The notes under the pieces were generated by a model. It ran no database searches. It was given only the letters and a program-made list of their open reading frames with translations, and had not been told where the DNA came from. Positions 28,822 to 40,521 of a stretch of 64,000 bases of DNA are shown here, one piece after another. The stretch covers positions 1-64,000 of the forward strand of contig JBEIPA010000027.1 of the NCBI GenBank assembly GCA_040377305.1. Reading direction: 5' to 3'. Numbering within the stretch: the first letter of the stretch is position 1; every line of letters starts with the position of its first letter. This DNA is from Flavobacteriales bacterium. GTDB lineage: Bacteria > Bacteroidota > Bacteroidia > Palsa-965. Position numbers and translations under genes: made by a program.

Positions 28822-30453
28822 CTAGTCGTTTGCGAGAAAAGGGTAGCGGTAGTCGCCAGGTGGAACGAAAGTCTCTTTTATCGTTCTCGGAGAAACCCAA
28901 CGTAACAAATTGATCATTGCACCGGCTTTGTCGTTTGTTCCGGATCCGCGAGCACCCCCGAAAGGTTGCTGACCAACAACTGCACCAGTAGGTTTATCGT
29001 TGATGTAGAAATTTCCCGCAGCGTGTTCAAGTGCTTTCGTTGCAACTTCAATAGCATATCGATCTTGTGAAATGATCGCACCGGTTAGCGCATAGATAGA
29101 AGTTGAATCAACAAGCTTCAGCGTTTCTTCGAACTTGTTCTCATCGTATACATGAATGGTAAGTACCGGTCCGAACAACTCTTCGCACATCGTTACATAC
29201 TTCGGATCGTTTGCGCGAATTACTGTTGGCTGTATGAAATATCCTTTCGACTTGTCGTATGTTCCGCCTGCAACAATTTCAACATTCTTATCTGCTTTTG
29301 CAGCATCAATATATTTCGCAAGCTTGTCGAATGATTTTTCATCGATCACTGCATTCACGAAATTGCTGAAGTCTTCGGTTGGTCCAACTTTGAACGAAGC
29401 AAGATCACGCTGCAAACCGGCTTTCACTTCTTCCCACATATTGGAAGGGATATATGCACGCGAAGCAGCAGAGCATTTTTGTCCCTGGTATTCGAATGCA
29501 CCACGGGATAGCGCTGTGATTACTGCAGAAACATCAGCAGACTTGTGAACCATTACAAAATCTTTTCCACCTGTTTCTCCAACAATGCGTGGATACGATT
29601 TGTACTTGTGAATATTATTACCAATCGATTGCCAGATGTTCTGGAAAACTTCTGTTGATCCTGTGAAGTGAATTCCTGCGAAGTCGCGGTGATTGAAAAC
29701 TACTTCGGCAGCATCCGGTCCTGAAGGATAAATCAAATTGATCACACCATCAGGAACTCCGGCTTTCATGAAAATTTCCATCAGCACATTCGCGGCATAC
29801 ACTTGTGTATTCGAAGGTTTCCAAACGACCACGTTACCCATCATTGCACACGATGTTGGAAGGTTTCCTGCAATCGCTGTGAAGTTGAATGGAGTCAGCG
29901 CGTAAATGAATCCTTCGAGTGGACGCCATTCCAAACGATTCCACATTCCCGGAGCAGAAGCAGGTTGTTGCTTGTAAATTTCCTGCATGAAGTGAACATT
30001 GAAGCGCAGGAAGTCGATGATTTCACAAGCCGAATCAATCTCCGCCTGAAAAGCATTTTTACTTTGACCCAGCATTGTTGCTGCATTCAGTTTCGCGCGG
30101 TATGGACCCGCAATGAGTTCAGCCGCTTTCAGGAAAATACTGGCGCGGTGTTCCCACGAAAGTTTCACCCAATTTTCGCGAGCAGCAAGTGCAGCGTCAA
30201 TAGCTTGCTGAACATGTTCTTTACCGCTCTTGTGAAAATATCCGAGTGTGTGTTTGTGATCGTGAGGCGGTGCAATGCGTGAAGTATTGTTACTGCGAAC
30301 TTCTTTACCACCAATGTACATCGGAATGTCCATCTCATACGAGCGAAGCTTGGCAAGCATGGCCTGCAACTCTGCACGTTCAGGTGATTTCGGTGCGTAC
30401 GACTTTATCGGTTCGTTAATCGGCGTGGGAACGTTGAATACTCCTTTTGGCAT
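28822..30453 (-). CDS. pruA: L-glutamate gamma-semialdehyde (P5C) dehydrogenase
   Basis: PFNFTAI, FTGST, GETGGKD, EYQGQKCSA, EELFGPVL, PFGGARGSGTNDK. Confidence 0.96.
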   Translation of the reverse strand: MPKGVFNVPTPINEPIKSYAPKSPERAELQAMLAKLRSYEMDIPMYIGGKEVRSNNTSRIAPPHDHKHTLGYFHKSGKEHVQQAIDAALAARENWVKLSWEHRASIFLKAAELIAGPYRAKLNAATMLGQSKNAFQAEIDSACEIIDFLRFNVHFMQEIYKQQPASAPGMWNRLEWRPLEGFIYALTPFNFTAIAGNLPTSCAMMGNVVVWKPSNTQVYAANVLMEIFMKAGVPDGVINLIYPSGPDAAEVVFNHRDFAGIHFTGSTEVFQNIWQSIGNNIHKYKSYPRIVGETGGKDFVMVHKSADVSAVITALSRGAFEYQGQKCSAASRAYIPSNMWEEVKAGLQRDLASFKVGPTEDFSNFVNAVIDEKSFDKLAKYIDAAKADKNVEIVAGGTYDKSKGYFIQPTVIRANDPKYVTMCEELFGPVLTIHVYDENKFEETLKLVDSTSIYALTGAIISQDRYAIEVATKALEHAAGNFYINDKPTGAVVGQQPFGGARGSGTNDKAGAMINLLRWVSPRTIKETFVPPGDYRYPFLAND

Positions 30454-30484
30454 GGTGCTTTAATTTGGAGTACAAATATAGCAC

Positions 30485-30643
30485 AGTAGGCAGTTGGGCA
30501 GTAGGGCAGTTGGCAGTCAAAGGCCCTAAGTACTGGATTATTGCAAAGTCACCTCACGGAAAACCAATAAAAAAGGATCGCATTTCGCGATCCTCGGAAT
30601 ATTTTTTCTGACTGCCTACCGGAAGACTGCCAAACTGCCTACT
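30485..30643. repeat. Intergenic element bracketed by inverted GGCAGT-based 7-8-mer repeats
   Basis: Left arm agtaggcagttgggcagtagggcagttggcagtc; right arm gactgcctaccggaagactgccaaactgcctact; encloses an aggatcgc/gcgatcct terminator-like hairpin. Confidence 0.7.
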
Positions 30644-31079
30644 AATCCTGCGGTGGCTCCGGCGCACTCGAATAGCCAACTTTCTTCGGCTTCAAAGTCT
30701 TAGGAAAAATTACGTTGATCAATTCATCGTCGGCACCAAGCATCGACTTCGAAATACCATTTACGATTGTAATTGGTACATCGAATTTCAGTTTCGGCTT
30801 GTATTCTTCGTAAGTACCATCCTGCAGTTTGCGCCACATGTGAATAATTGCACCGCCTTTAACTTCAACTTTTCCGGTCCAGCACGCAGCGTCCGCTCCA
30901 TTGCGAACAGTGATAATCACATCGTCGTGAATTCCATCGGCTACATCTTCCGCACCGCGTTCTTCAAATTTTTGTTCCCATTTCGTATAGCAGTTATTCG
31001 GAGCAGGCGTAGTCGTTGTTTGTGCGTACAGCGAAGCACAAAGAAGGAGTCCCGCAAATGCAGTGTAAAATTTGTTCAT
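30642..31079 (-). CDS. Hypothetical secreted protein
   Basis: Signal peptide ending LYA-Q; two Cys; no family recognised. Confidence 0.7.
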   Translation of the reverse strand: MNKFYTAFAGLLLCASLYAQTTTTPAPNNCYTKWEQKFEERGAEDVADGIHDDVIITVRNGADAACWTGKVEVKGGAIIHMWRKLQDGTYEEYKPKLKFDVPITIVNGISKSMLGADDELINVIFPKTLKPKKVGYSSAPEPPQD

Positions 31080-31271
31080 CTGGTCTTGGTTTGGATGATT
31101 CTAAAGATAACAAAATCCATACCGGAACCGGAGGTGTGCAAAAATCTGCAGAATGAAAATAGTTGCTAATATGTCATATAAATGAAAACTTTATATATTT
31201 GTGCCTGTAAGTATATATGCGCAACAGTACGTTTATATCGGTTTTTATCATTTATTCTAATCATTTGAACT

Positions 31272-32810
31272 ATGTCACTCGTCAGAACTTTTGGATGTGC
31301 CGTATTCGGCATTGATGCAACGATTGTTACTATTGAAGTAAACATCGACACCGGAATCAATTTTCATCTTGTTGGATTGCCCGACTCGGCAATCAAAGAA
31401 TCGCAGCAAAGAATTGATGCTGCATTGCGGAATAACGGCTACCGCATTCCAGGAAAAAAAATCACTGTGAATCTTGCACCTGCCGATGTACGCAAGGAAG
31501 GATCTGCATACGATCTTCCGATTGCAGTGGCGATGCTGTCTGCATCCGAACAGCTTACCAGTGATTTTCTGGAAAGCAGCATCGTCATGGGTGAACTTGC
31601 GCTCGATGGAACTTTGCGCCCTGTTCGTGGAGCATTGCTCATGGCAGTACGTGCACGCGAAGCTGGTTTTGCGCGCGTAATTCTTCCTTCAGAGAACGCA
31701 GACGAAGCAGCAGTAGTTGAAGGCGTCGAAGTTTTCGGAATGAGTCATCTTACTGATGTGCTCGAATTTCTTCGTGGTGAAATCGTTCGCGAACCTGCTT
31801 CTTCTGCTCCGCGATTGCTCGAAGGAATTCCGGATGCAGACGAATACGATTTCTCTGATGTGTGCGGACAGGAGAATATCAAACGCGCATTGGAGATTGC
31901 GGCAGCTGGCGGACACAACATTCTCATGATCGGACCTCCGGGTGCTGGGAAGACCATGCTCGCGCGAAGACTGCCTGGAATTCTTCCTCCGATGACAATC
32001 AACGAAGCACTCGAGACAACGAAGATTCATTCTGTCGCTGGAAAAACCGGAAAGAACAAAGGATTGATTACTACACGCCCGTTTCGTGCACCGCATCATA
32101 CGATCAGCGATGTGGCTCTGGTAGGAGGCGGCCAAAATCCACAACCCGGAGAAATTTCACTCGCGCACAACGGCGTTTTATTTCTCGATGAACTTCCGGA
32201 ATACAAACGCACGGTGCTTGAGGTAATGCGTCAGCCTTTAGAGGATCGCGTTGTGACGATTTCACGCGCAAAATTTTCCGTGAATTATCCTGCAGGTTTT
32301 ATGCTCGTGTCTTCAATGAATCCTTGTCCTTGTGGATACTATAACCATCCGGATAAAGAGTGCGTTTGTATTCCCGGCACTGTACAAAAATACATCAACC
32401 GGATTTCGGGACCCTTATTGGATCGCATCGATATTCACATCGAAGTGACCCCGGTTAGTTTCAGTGAACTCACGAAAAAAGCACGTGCAGAAAAAAGCAC
32501 ACTCATTCGCGAACGTGTGATCCGCGCACGTAACCTGCAACTAAAGCGCTACGAGAAGTTCGACGGCATTCACTGCAATGCACAAATGAGTTCAGGTATT
32601 CTTCGCAACATTTGTCGCATCGACGACGCCGGTATGGCATTGCTCAAAACTGCGATGGAAAAACTCGGATTGTCTGCACGCGCATATGATCGTATTCTGA
32701 AAGTCTCAAGAACAATTGCTGATCTGGACGGAGCAACAGAAATTGAAGCCACGCATCTAGCAGAAGCAATACAGTACCGTAGTCTGGATAGAGACAATTG
32801 GGCGGCATGA
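31272..32810 (+). CDS. comM: YifB/ComM Mg-chelatase-like AAA+ ATPase
   Basis: NLAPADVRKEGSAYDL, GPPGAGKT, PFRAPHHT, GVLFLDELPE, MNPCPCG, LSARAYDRILKVSRTIAD. Confidence 0.93.
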   Translation: MSLVRTFGCAVFGIDATIVTIEVNIDTGINFHLVGLPDSAIKESQQRIDAALRNNGYRIPGKKITVNLAPADVRKEGSAYDLPIAVAMLSASEQLTSDFLESSIVMGELALDGTLRPVRGALLMAVRAREAGFARVILPSENADEAAVVEGVEVFGMSHLTDVLEFLRGEIVREPASSAPRLLEGIPDADEYDFSDVCGQENIKRALEIAAAGGHNILMIGPPGAGKTMLARRLPGILPPMTINEALETTKIHSVAGKTGKNKGLITTRPFRAPHHTISDVALVGGGQNPQPGEISLAHNGVLFLDELPEYKRTVLEVMRQPLEDRVVTISRAKFSVNYPAGFMLVSSMNPCPCGYYNHPDKECVCIPGTVQKYINRISGPLLDRIDIHIEVTPVSFSELTKKARAEKSTLIRERVIRARNLQLKRYEKFDGIHCNAQMSSGILRNICRIDDAGMALLKTAMEKLGLSARAYDRILKVSRTIADLDGATEIEATHLAEAIQYRSLDRDNWAA

Positions 32811-32843
32811 TTAGGAAGAAGCTTGCGCTTCACTTCGTATCGG

Positions 32844-34226
32844 TTAATTTCCCAGCAATCCCGGAGCTACCTGATCGCCTTCAGGCAAGTGACCGTATAT
32901 TTCTTCAAATGAGTATTTGCAAAATTCTGCATCTGGATATTCTTTCGCTCGATCTCTCACAAAATGAAGGAACTTGTCGTAAGAACGGCCTGTATTCATT
33001 TCGTCCAGAAATGCAGAGTATTTTTCAGGTTGGGAGAAAAAATCTCCGGATAACAGGTAGTGAAATATTTCATACGCACTTACGAATTTCCCGTAGTCGT
33101 CATCGCTGGCATCAGCATGCGAAAAATTCAAAAGTTCAGGCTGGTAGAAGAGCCGGATGAATTTCTCGATTAAATCGTATCCCTTTTCAATGTGTCCGTA
33201 TTGAAGTGCAAATGCCTCTTCTCCTGCGGCATTTCCATTCCTGAACTTAGCATCAAGACACTGTGCAACCCGATCAGCAGTTTCCATAGCTACATAAACA
33301 CCGCTTGAAAAAATAGGATCAAGAAAAGCAGCGGCATCTCCCACAATTGCATAGTTCGATCCATACTTTTTCGGAATGCGGTACGAATAATCACCAACCA
33401 TCTGGATTTCATGTTCGATCTGCGCTCCGTTCAGAATGCTCTTCAGATTAACGGCTTGTTCAATTTCACTTCTATACAATTTCTCTTTCCAGTTCTCTCC
33501 CAGTATTTTTTTCTGGTCGCGAACGTAAGAGTTATTCAGTGTTACACCAATACTCAGATGGTTTCTGCCGACAGGAATAACCCACAACCAACCAAGTTTT
33601 TCCCCACCTAAATAAATAATCTTGATCAATCCACCGGCTAAAGCAGCATCATACGTAGTATTAATCCAATGACTGAATAGGGCTACGCGATCGAGATCTT
33701 CGTAAGGGACACGCAGTTTAAGTTTGCTGCCTAAGAAAGAATTTTGCCCTGTTGCATCGATTAAAAACCGCGCCTTGATTTCCGGTACTTCAGTCGATTC
33801 AGTGTGAACAGTAACCGAATCCGGATCACTCAGATCAACGTTTTTTACTTTCACGCCTTCGTGGACGTGCGCACCTACTGTTGCCGCTCGTTTCAGAATC
33901 GCATGGTCGAATGGAGCGCGAAGCGTGTGTACTGACATTTGTGCATTGTCACTCAGGATGCGATCGAAGCACCAAACTGACTGGCGGATACCGTCCCGAT
34001 CAACAAAATTTACTCCCGGTTTTTTTGTGGCGAACGCCAGGATATCTTCCCAAACACCGAGGTCCTGTAGTTTGTAATACGTAAAAGGAATGAGCGATTC
34101 TCCCACGTGGTCGCGCGGGAATATCTCCTTTTCGAGTAGGACCACTGAATAACCTTTTTGTCGAAGATAGATTGCAGTACTGGATCCACCAGGACCGCCA
34201 CCAATAATTGCTACGTCGTATTTCAT
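32844..34226 (-). CDS. FAD-dependent oxidoreductase, probable flavin-dependent halogenase
   Basis: GGGPGG, FPRDHVGESL, Lys in TKKPG, WLWVIP (WxWxIP), GDAAAFLDPIFSSG. Confidence 0.75.
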   Translation of the reverse strand: MKYDVAIIGGGPGGSSTAIYLRQKGYSVVLLEKEIFPRDHVGESLIPFTYYKLQDLGVWEDILAFATKKPGVNFVDRDGIRQSVWCFDRILSDNAQMSVHTLRAPFDHAILKRAATVGAHVHEGVKVKNVDLSDPDSVTVHTESTEVPEIKARFLIDATGQNSFLGSKLKLRVPYEDLDRVALFSHWINTTYDAALAGGLIKIIYLGGEKLGWLWVIPVGRNHLSIGVTLNNSYVRDQKKILGENWKEKLYRSEIEQAVNLKSILNGAQIEHEIQMVGDYSYRIPKKYGSNYAIVGDAAAFLDPIFSSGVYVAMETADRVAQCLDAKFRNGNAAGEEAFALQYGHIEKGYDLIEKFIRLFYQPELLNFSHADASDDDYGKFVSAYEIFHYLLSGDFFSQPEKYSAFLDEMNTGRSYDKFLHFVRDRAKEYPDAEFCKYSFEEIYGHLPEGDQVAPGLLGN

Positions 34227-34283
34227 GCTGTGTAAAAGGTAAGATTTTTTCTCCGCGCCACCGATTTCTCGACACTGAGGCGT

Positions 34284-34318
34284 AAAAAAAAATCCCGGCG
34301 TAGGATATTCGCCGGGAT
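34284..34318 (-). terminator. atpDC terminator
   Basis: atcccggcg/cgccgggat stem with an A9 run. Confidence 0.8.
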
Positions 34319-34341
34319 CAAGAAATCAGGAACTAAAAAAA

Positions 34342-34578
34342 CTATTCTGCGAGTACGGTGAGTTTGTTCGCATGAACTTCGGCAACTCCACCATTGATCT
34401 CAAACGTGTGAGTCTGCTGTTGAACGTCGATAACTTTGATCTTTCCTTTTTTCAAAGTTGAGATCATCGACGCGTGTTTATTCAAAACACCGAAACGCCC
34501 TTCAGCGCCTGGCAACACAGCCGACTTAATTTCGCCGCTGTAAACCTTTTTGTCCGGTGTGATTATTTCTAGATGCAT
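34342..34578 (-). CDS. atpC: ATP synthase F1 epsilon subunit (short form)
   Basis: LEIITPDK...LPGAEGRFGVLNKHA...GGVAEV...VLAE. Confidence 0.95.
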   Translation of the reverse strand: MHLEIITPDKKVYSGEIKSAVLPGAEGRFGVLNKHASMISTLKKGKIKVIDVQQQTHTFEINGGVAEVHANKLTVLAE

Positions 34579-34601
34579 TTCAGTTTTCGTTATAAGTGAT
34601 T

Positions 34602-34644
34602 GTCAGACTGAGCGTATCCCGATAACTATCGGGAGAAGGCTGAC
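34602..34644. repeat. REP-like palindrome between atpD and atpC
   Basis: Core tcccgata-ac-tatcggga (34617-34634) with outer gtcag/ctgac. Confidence 0.6.
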
Positions 34645-34646
34645 GA

Positions 34647-36173
<1,527 letters not shown>

Positions 36174-36350
36174 TTAAAAACCGGTGCAAAAATAGGAAGT
36201 TTTCGGGCTAAAATTCACCCCTATGTTGATAATTGGAGGACAACTTTACCTTATCCGTCCGGCGGCCCATTTCGCCCGACGAAGTGTTGGTCCTTCAACG
36301 TTTTTAAATCATTGAACGTCTTAACGGAGCCGAAAACTATCTTTGGAGCC

Positions 36351-37289
36351 GTGCAGGTCTCCCACAATATCTCTGATTTCAGCCCGAACAAAGACACCGT
36401 CGTCACAATCGGCACCTTCGATGGCGTTCACCTCGGCCATCGTCGCGTAATCGAACAGGTGAAAGCAACAGCGGCAAAAATCGACGGTGAGTCGGTCTTG
36501 CTTACTTTCTTCCCGCATCCACGCATGGTATTGTTTCCAGACGCACAGCAGCTTCTTCTGAATAATCAGGATGAAAAAATTGCGTTGCTACGCAATTTGG
36601 GAATTGACCATCTGGTGATTCATCCGTTTACACGCGAGTTTTCCATGCTTAGTTCAGCCGAATTCATTGAGAAAATACTCGTGAAGGGGCTGCGCACAAA
36701 ACGACTTGTTATCGGGTACGACCATCATTTTGGAAAGGACCGCGAAGGCAGTTTCGATAACCTGAAAAAGTCTGGACCACAGTTTGGATTTGAAGTAGAA
36801 GAAATACCGGCACATGAAACGGATCACATTAAAGTGAGTTCGACCCGAATTCGCGAAGCCTTGAATTCGGGCAAAGTAGACGTGGCAAACAATTTGCTTG
36901 GTTATGACTACCGATTGACCGGGACGGTGGTGAAGGGACAGCAACTGGGAAGAAAGCTAGGCTATCCAACAGCAAATATCATTTCACCTGAACCTTATAA
37001 GCTTATACCAGGCAACGGAGTGTATGCTGTGAACGTCTATAGTGCGGGAAGGAAGTTTGGCGGAATGATGAATATAGGTGTGCGGCCAACTGTTAATGGA
37101 TTAGATCGCACATCGGAAGTCAATATATTCGATTTCAATGCTGATATTTATGGAGAAACGCTGACGGTGGAATTTGTGAAGTGGGTGAGGGGTGAAAAGA
37201 AATTCGCAGGTCTCGATGAATTGAAATCGCAACTTGCAGCCGATAAAATCGTAGTAGAGGATATACTGAATGAAACCGCTGATAAATAG
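36351..37289 (+). CDS. ribF: Bifunctional riboflavin kinase / FAD synthetase
   Basis: IGTFDGVHLGH, GYDHHFG, VSSTRIR, GRKLGYPTAN, NIGVRPT; start moved to GTG 36351, just after TATCTTTG (36338-36345). Confidence 0.95.
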   Translation: MQVSHNISDFSPNKDTVVTIGTFDGVHLGHRRVIEQVKATAAKIDGESVLLTFFPHPRMVLFPDAQQLLLNNQDEKIALLRNLGIDHLVIHPFTREFSMLSSAEFIEKILVKGLRTKRLVIGYDHHFGKDREGSFDNLKKSGPQFGFEVEEIPAHETDHIKVSSTRIREALNSGKVDVANNLLGYDYRLTGTVVKGQQLGRKLGYPTANIISPEPYKLIPGNGVYAVNVYSAGRKFGGMMNIGVRPTVNGLDRTSEVNIFDFNADIYGETLTVEFVKWVRGEKKFAGLDELKSQLAADKIVVEDILNETADK

Positions 37290-37902
37290 TTTTGTTGTTT
37301 TAATGATCGCCTTGTGCAGCACGAAAGTGAATGCACAAGTGAATCCGCTTGCAACTATTCCTCTGTACGATTCGCTCACACTGGATACGATGGTTGGCTA
37401 TACCGATCTCGCCACAGCTCTGAAAGAACCGGAAAAAGTCGTTAAGCTCACGTTGCGTAAACAGAAATATGAAGCGTTTCCTGCCGAGTTATGGAAGTTT
37501 CCTAATCTTCAATACCTCGATCTCGGAAAAAACAAAATCACGGAGGTTCCGGATTCAATCAAGTTCTTCACCAACCTTCAGGTATTGCACCTTTCAAAAA
37601 ACGAAATTGAATTCCTTCCTCGTGAGATTGGAGATCTGTCGAATCTGATGATTCTTGATATTAATCAGAATGAATTGACTTCATTGCCACCGCAAATCGG
37701 TAAGCTTAAAAAGCTGAAGTATCTCGATCTGTGGAGTAACAACCTTTCGATTTTTCCGGAGGAACTCGGCGATCTTGCAGAAACTCTCCAGGTACTTGAT
37801 CTGCGCGTAATCCTCATCAACGCAGATCAGCAAGACAAGATTCGTCTCATGCTGCCCAAGACAACAATTTTCATGTCCCCGCCTTGTAAGTGTGACCAGT
37901 AG
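37270..37902 (+). CDS. Secreted leucine-rich repeat protein
   Basis: Signal peptide; LxxLxLxxNxIxxLPxxIxxL repeats. Confidence 0.85.
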   Translation: MKPLINSFVVLMIALCSTKVNAQVNPLATIPLYDSLTLDTMVGYTDLATALKEPEKVVKLTLRKQKYEAFPAELWKFPNLQYLDLGKNKITEVPDSIKFFTNLQVLHLSKNEIEFLPREIGDLSNLMILDINQNELTSLPPQIGKLKKLKYLDLWSNNLSIFPEELGDLAETLQVLDLRVILINADQQDKIRLMLPKTTIFMSPPCKCDQ

Positions 37903-38033
37903 GCAGGATTGCTGTCAGCAGTAAAAAAAACAAACCCAGTTCAAACTACAAGCCCTTCCCCCAGGAAGTTGTAATCAATTTGAGATTCGTTCTGTTACTG
38001 CCAGACAGCCTTCGTGTTATCCAGTGCACCAGC

Positions 38034-40466
38034 TTACTGTTTACCGAATTTCATCACAACCATCCCCATCACATTCACACCAGCCTGGGGATAGTAATAG
38101 TTATAGCGATTCATTCCCCCATAAACGTAGCCGAATGTATAGCCATTCGCTGAATACATCGTGTTCAGCAGATTGTTCACTTGAAGCCCAAAAGTCAATT
38201 CAGACATCATACTCTGCTTGCGCTTCTCGTTTGGAGCAGGCTGTGAATATTTTATCGGCGACCACGATGCACCGAAGTTCAAAGTGAAGTACGGATCGAT
38301 TTGTCGTGATGATTGCTGCGTATTGTCGAGATATTGCACACCTATGTATTTTCCGGCGAGGGACGCACCAAATCCTTTTTTGTGTTTCCAGGAAATAATT
38401 CCTGCGCTGATTACTGAAGGAGAGAATGCAATGTCGGTGTTCTTGTAAATATTGTGCAGTTGACCACCATTGTCGTAATCATCGACGTACTCATCAAACT
38501 GTTCAATCTTATTCTGGCTCAATGTTACATTGCCTGAAAAGTTGAATTGTTTCGTGATGTTATATCCAACCGTTACTTCAACTCCACGACGGAAACTGCT
38601 TGCAACATTTTCTCGTGTATACGCGCCGACGTTATTGACCTTTCCGGTTAATACGAGTTGATCTTTATACATCATGTAGTAGAAGTTCACTTCAATGGCA
38701 GCGGCAGTACTTGCAACTTTCCATCCTGCTTCAAGGTCACTGAGCTGCTCATGTTTTGGACGGCTTTCAGGCGATGAATTTGTAAAGTCATCACGATTCG
38801 GCTCTTTGTTGCCCATGCCGAATGATGCATATGCAACGTGCCTGTCATTCAGTGAATAGAAAATCCCTGCTTTCGGATTCACAAACGCGAATGAAACATC
38901 TTGTGGCAATTGTGAACCGGTAGAATCAAATCCAGTGAATGAATAGTTTACCGCACGTACCTGAACATCTGCAAATACGTTTATTTTTTTCCCGATGGAC
39001 TGATTCACTTTAATGTATCCGTTGTTGTCCATCTTCTGTGCACTGTCGCGATAATAATTGCCACCATACGCGTAACCTGCAGGAATTCCGGTTGCCCAAA
39101 TCAATTCACCGTAATGCTTGCCATTGTAGTTTGCACTGGCTCCACCAAACGTAACCTGAGTTCCTTTACCACTATTGTATCTCGCGGCGAAGGTTGCCCC
39201 ATAGTACCAGTTGTTCAGCCAGCGACGACGCACAACATCATTCACAGATCCCGCACTGTCATTCACACCGTAGTTCGCAAGATCATCCCACTGACGGTAT
39301 TCTTCGTAATAGCCTTTTCCTTTTGTAGCGAATAAAGACCAGTTGAAAAACCAGTTCGGATTCGATTGATAGGTGAAATGTAGCTGATAATAATCCTGAC
39401 CGTAATTATCAACCTGGTCTTTGTAGAATGCTTCCTTGCCCGCGGAGTCAATGTACATTCCGGCAGGGTTGTAAGTATAATTTCCGGCTTTGATCGAATC
39501 TTGAGGAACCCCATTCCAACATTGATACGTTCTTTCGCGACCAGAGAAGGTAATCGCTTTTACAGTGAGTTTCTCTCCGTAATATCCTCCCGACAAATAC
39601 CACGAACGCAAATCAGATGCACCCCGATCGATGAAACCATCAGAACCCAGTTGTGACATCCGAACATCAAAGCTCCAGCGATTGTTGATGATTCCCGTTC
39701 CTGCTTTTGCAGTAGCACGCCAGGAATTGAATGAACCACCTGAAAGAAGAAGTTCACTGTAAGGATTAGCATGTACTGTTTCGGTTTGAAGGTTCAGCGA
39801 TCCTCCGAATGCACCTGCGCCATTTGTAGAGGTTCCAACTCCGCGTTGAATTTGAATATTATCAGTCGACGAAGCAATGTCCGGAATATCCACCCAGAAA
39901 GTTCCCTGCGACTCTGCGTCATTAACCGGAATGCCGTTGATCGTTACATTGATTCTGTTCGCATCAGATCCGCGAATACGCAGACCAGTGTAACCCATAC
40001 CATTCCCCGCATCAGAGGTGGTAACAACCGAAGTTTGCGTACCTAATATATAAGGTAAGTCTTGCCCGAAATTCTGTGCTTCGATTTCGGACTTATTCAC
40101 GTTTGTAAAAGCCGTACCCGATTTATCATCCACTCGTGTTGAGCTTACCACTACTTCGTCACGAACAAAGGATGAAGAGTGCATTACAATTACAGTGTTC
40201 GTTTCTGCATTACTATTACAGATAAGCGCATCTGTATACCCGAGAACGTGAACACGAACACAATAGGGTAACGTGTTCACAGTTAATTTGTACGTTCCGT
40301 CATCTGAGGTTTGTGTGTGCAGATATGTTCCATCAACGGTCACCAACGCAAATGCCATTGGAGCACCTGTCGTGTCTCTTACTGTACCACCTATTTCATG
40401 GGGTTGCGCTAATGCAAATACCGGCAGAATAAGTGCTGCAATCAAAGCGCGTAAAGCGTAATTCAT
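38034..40466 (-). CDS. TonB-dependent receptor, probable thiamine importer
   Basis: Plug SDAGNGMGYTGLRIRGSD...IQIQRGVGTSTNGAGAFG; C-terminal YYYPQAG; directly downstream of a TPP riboswitch. Confidence 0.88.
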   Translation of the reverse strand: MNYALRALIAALILPVFALAQPHEIGGTVRDTTGAPMAFALVTVDGTYLHTQTSDDGTYKLTVNTLPYCVRVHVLGYTDALICNSNAETNTVIVMHSSSFVRDEVVVSSTRVDDKSGTAFTNVNKSEIEAQNFGQDLPYILGTQTSVVTTSDAGNGMGYTGLRIRGSDANRINVTINGIPVNDAESQGTFWVDIPDIASSTDNIQIQRGVGTSTNGAGAFGGSLNLQTETVHANPYSELLLSGGSFNSWRATAKAGTGIINNRWSFDVRMSQLGSDGFIDRGASDLRSWYLSGGYYGEKLTVKAITFSGRERTYQCWNGVPQDSIKAGNYTYNPAGMYIDSAGKEAFYKDQVDNYGQDYYQLHFTYQSNPNWFFNWSLFATKGKGYYEEYRQWDDLANYGVNDSAGSVNDVVRRRWLNNWYYGATFAARYNSGKGTQVTFGGASANYNGKHYGELIWATGIPAGYAYGGNYYRDSAQKMDNNGYIKVNQSIGKKINVFADVQVRAVNYSFTGFDSTGSQLPQDVSFAFVNPKAGIFYSLNDRHVAYASFGMGNKEPNRDDFTNSSPESRPKHEQLSDLEAGWKVASTAAAIEVNFYYMMYKDQLVLTGKVNNVGAYTRENVASSFRRGVEVTVGYNITKQFNFSGNVTLSQNKIEQFDEYVDDYDNGGQLHNIYKNTDIAFSPSVISAGIISWKHKKGFGASLAGKYIGVQYLDNTQQSSRQIDPYFTLNFGASWSPIKYSQPAPNEKRKQSMMSELTFGLQVNNLLNTMYSANGYTFGYVYGGMNRYNYYYPQAGVNVMGMVVMKFGKQ

Positions 40467-40521
40467 TTTATTTCCTTTTGCGATCAGAACAATCAGTGCT
40501 TTCGCCTGTTGTTTTGATCTG

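Noticed and set aside
31272-32810. comM as an integration hotspot for mobile elements
   Set aside because: The gene is intact and no integrase or att duplication is visible.
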